A stretch of DNA of 63,104 bases, counting the filler, from Guillardia theta CCMP2712 (lineage: Eukaryota > Protista > Cryptophyta): NCBI RefSeq assembly GCF_000315625.1. It is 4 parts of 4 records of this genome, joined end to end, with 100 filler letters (N's around TTAATTAATTAA, not from the genome) between each part and the next. Parts side by side here need not be neighbours in the genome. Positions count along the whole stretch, not along the records: positions 32,771 to 63,104 come from NW_005434459.1; 3 more parts are not named here. The stretch is one strand, 5' to 3'. Below the pieces are notes generated by a model. That model was given only the letters and a program-made list of their open reading frames with translations, searched no databases and was not told the DNA's origin. The first letter of the stretch is position 1, and each line of letters starts with the position of its first letter. Both the position numbers and the translations under genes were made by a program. This document shows, piece by piece, positions 61,153 through 63,104 of the stretch.

Positions 61153-62846
61153 TATGGCGAGAGCAGTGGAGGAGGAAGAGATGGTGGGATGAGATGAGAT
61201 GAGATGAGATGAGATGAGATGAGATGAGATGAGATGAGATGAGATGAGATGAGATGAGATGAGATGAAAGGAGAAGTCTTTCTCAGATGCGATTGTTGTT
61301 AAGCTTCGTCTGGATTCAAAACTACTTGCTCTTGACGATTCTTGAAGACCCCTCCTCGTTGACAGCATCGGTGAGTACGGTGCGATGACTCTGAAGTTGT
61401 CGTGGTAAGTTTCATGCTCAGTCTCTGAAGGATGGAGCGCTGCTGGTGTCGACGAGCCTGCTCGCAAGGATCAGAGGGGGAGGGGAGTCAGAGTCAGAAA
61501 GTCCAACCCAGATCAAAGACGATGACGGATCTGGTCTGAAGCGGATCAAGATGGCTAACTTTCAACTGAGGAAGAGGAAGAAGCTGATGATAGAAGAGGA
61601 GAAGGCTGTTGTAGACATGGACCTCAGACGCTATCAAGCCATCAAGAGCTTGTTCCCTTCGTTCCCTGATCGCACGAGGTATGACTCCTCCTTCCTCCTG
61701 CCACTGGAATGATTCTAAATCTCAGCCGATTTGGTGAACTTCGCGTTCCTGATCATGTCGAATGCATCAAGGTAGATCATGTGCTGATGAAGGAGGAGGG
61801 GGAGGCAGGGAGAAGCTAATGCTTGAGCCTTGTCTTTTGCTTCTTCTCTCTCTCACATCGTTTCTTTCCTCTCCGACAGCAAGCGTTGCTCAGGCTGAAA
61901 GATGGACAGGAGTTGTACGTGCGCAATGGTAGGAGAGAGCCGATCTTGGTGTCCTGTGAACTGAACCTGTCCTCGTTTCAGGTGAGCACACGTGGGATGG
62001 CGATGTGAATGTCACTGGGAAGACGATATTTGTAAGGGGCGAGCAGGGAGCTAGGCTGTAAGTCTGCTTGCTGCTGCTCCGTCGTCCTCACACAGAAGCA
62101 GGATGGGGCAGTGGGAGAACAGGAAGGAGCTGAGGTGCTTGGAGGAGCCCAACTGTGAGTGAAGAGCGATTTAGTTCTCAACTTGATGCTTTCTTGCAGT
62201 CTGCATCGGCTTATCGGTGAGGAGCGGAGGACAGGGGACGGGGGGAGGAGGGGAGGACAGGGGACGGAGGGGGGAAGGGGAAGAGGGAGGACGGAGCGGG
62301 GGGGGAAGGAGGAGGGAGGAGGAAGGAGGGAGGGATTGAGGAGGGAGGAGGGGAGGAGGGAGAGAGGCTGAGATTGAGGGGAGGGGTCGAGCAAGGGCGT
62401 CCTCCTTGCGGTGGAGCTCATCCATGGTAGCCTTGTACGTGCCTCTTGTGTGGCTCTTGACCTTGAAGCCTTCCAGACACGATGGGAGACTTCGATGCTT
62501 GCTTGAAGGTTCTCCACATGAATACCCCCGTCCTCTTGTCTCCCCTTCCGCTTCCGCTTCCACTCCTCACTCCTGTTTGCTGACTCTGCATATTCTTCCG
62601 TCTCACTCTGTTCTGCTCTCCTTTCAACTCTCACTCTCCCCCTTGTATTGTCAACTCCTTCCTCCTTCCTTCACTCTACCTTGGCTCTCTCCCTCCCTCC
62701 TCCTGCAGGTACTAGGAGGGCCGTGGCTCTTGCATCATTGCAAAATTCTCTCCTCGCACGCAATGTCCCTGCTCTGCTGCCAGTAAGAAATCGAAACTCC
62801 CTCCCTAACACTCCTGCTCCTCCTCCCTTGTCGCTTTCCCCCCTGT

Positions 62847-62940
<94 letters not shown>

Positions 62941-63104
62941 CCATTGCTCAGCCCTATTTGCCTGCAGGCAAGCGGACGTTCTCTTGCGCAGAAGCTCTCT
63001 CGGGGGGTTGAGCCCTGCCGTAGAAGTCAGCGATCAGGTCTACGGCAGGTGCTCATCTGTTTCTGAAGACCGCCAACCTCCATACCAAGTTTCTCTCCTG
63101 CATC
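61153..63104 (+). CDS. Signal-peptide/RGG-motif protein with a probable right-handed beta-helix (pectin-lyase-like) domain, runs off the right edge
   Basis: MRLLLSFVWIQNYLLLTI; LLARIRGGG; LRVPDHVECIK/QALLRLKDGQELYVRNG/EHTWDG (beta-helix N-cap pattern); GGPWLLHHCKILS. Confidence 0.6.
61187..61267. repeat. (GATGA)n microsatellite, about 16 units, intronic
   Basis: Directly visible. Confidence 0.95.
62846..62941. repeat. (CTGCTC)n microsatellite, intronic
   Basis: Directly visible; the same unit occurs at 12445-12500 and 25188-25258. Confidence 0.9.

Overview
Eukaryotic nuclear DNA, gene-dense (about 17-20 protein genes or fragments). It has many short (about 40-55 nt) spliceosomal introns, longer introns filled with purine-rich simple repeats, and seven N gaps. 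Intron style, gene families and TTAATTAATTAA gap spacers suggest a cryptophyte draft genome, most likely Guillardia theta (inference). Recognisable genes: a collagen-like membrane-anchored protein, RAD23, a PDZ plus 2Fe-2S ferredoxin-like protein, an ARM-repeat protein, two near-identical triple Zn(II)2Cys6 factors, a 5'-nucleotidase, a dual-specificity phosphatase, an RNI-like LRR protein, a Tousled-like kinase, a GT37-like fucosyltransferase, a roughly 3,300-aa SAM-EML(WD40)-IQ-C2 protein with a 453-bp tandem C2 array, and a beta-helix protein. The most unusual signal is non-coding and has three parts. First, intergenic patches are strongly depleted of GpC but not CpG and enriched in GGTAGG/CCTACC/GGTGGG, resembling a RIP-like or methylation-driven mutational scar. 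Second, short GC/CpG islands are rich in TGACTCA/CAGTGA words. Third, a conserved ~43-bp motif (TGATTGTCCTCGTACTGATYTTTAACTTAACTTTGAGTAAAG) recurs about 10 times, often at island edges with fixed polarity. Exon boundaries were read by eye and are approximate. No rRNA, tRNA or CRISPR features were seen.
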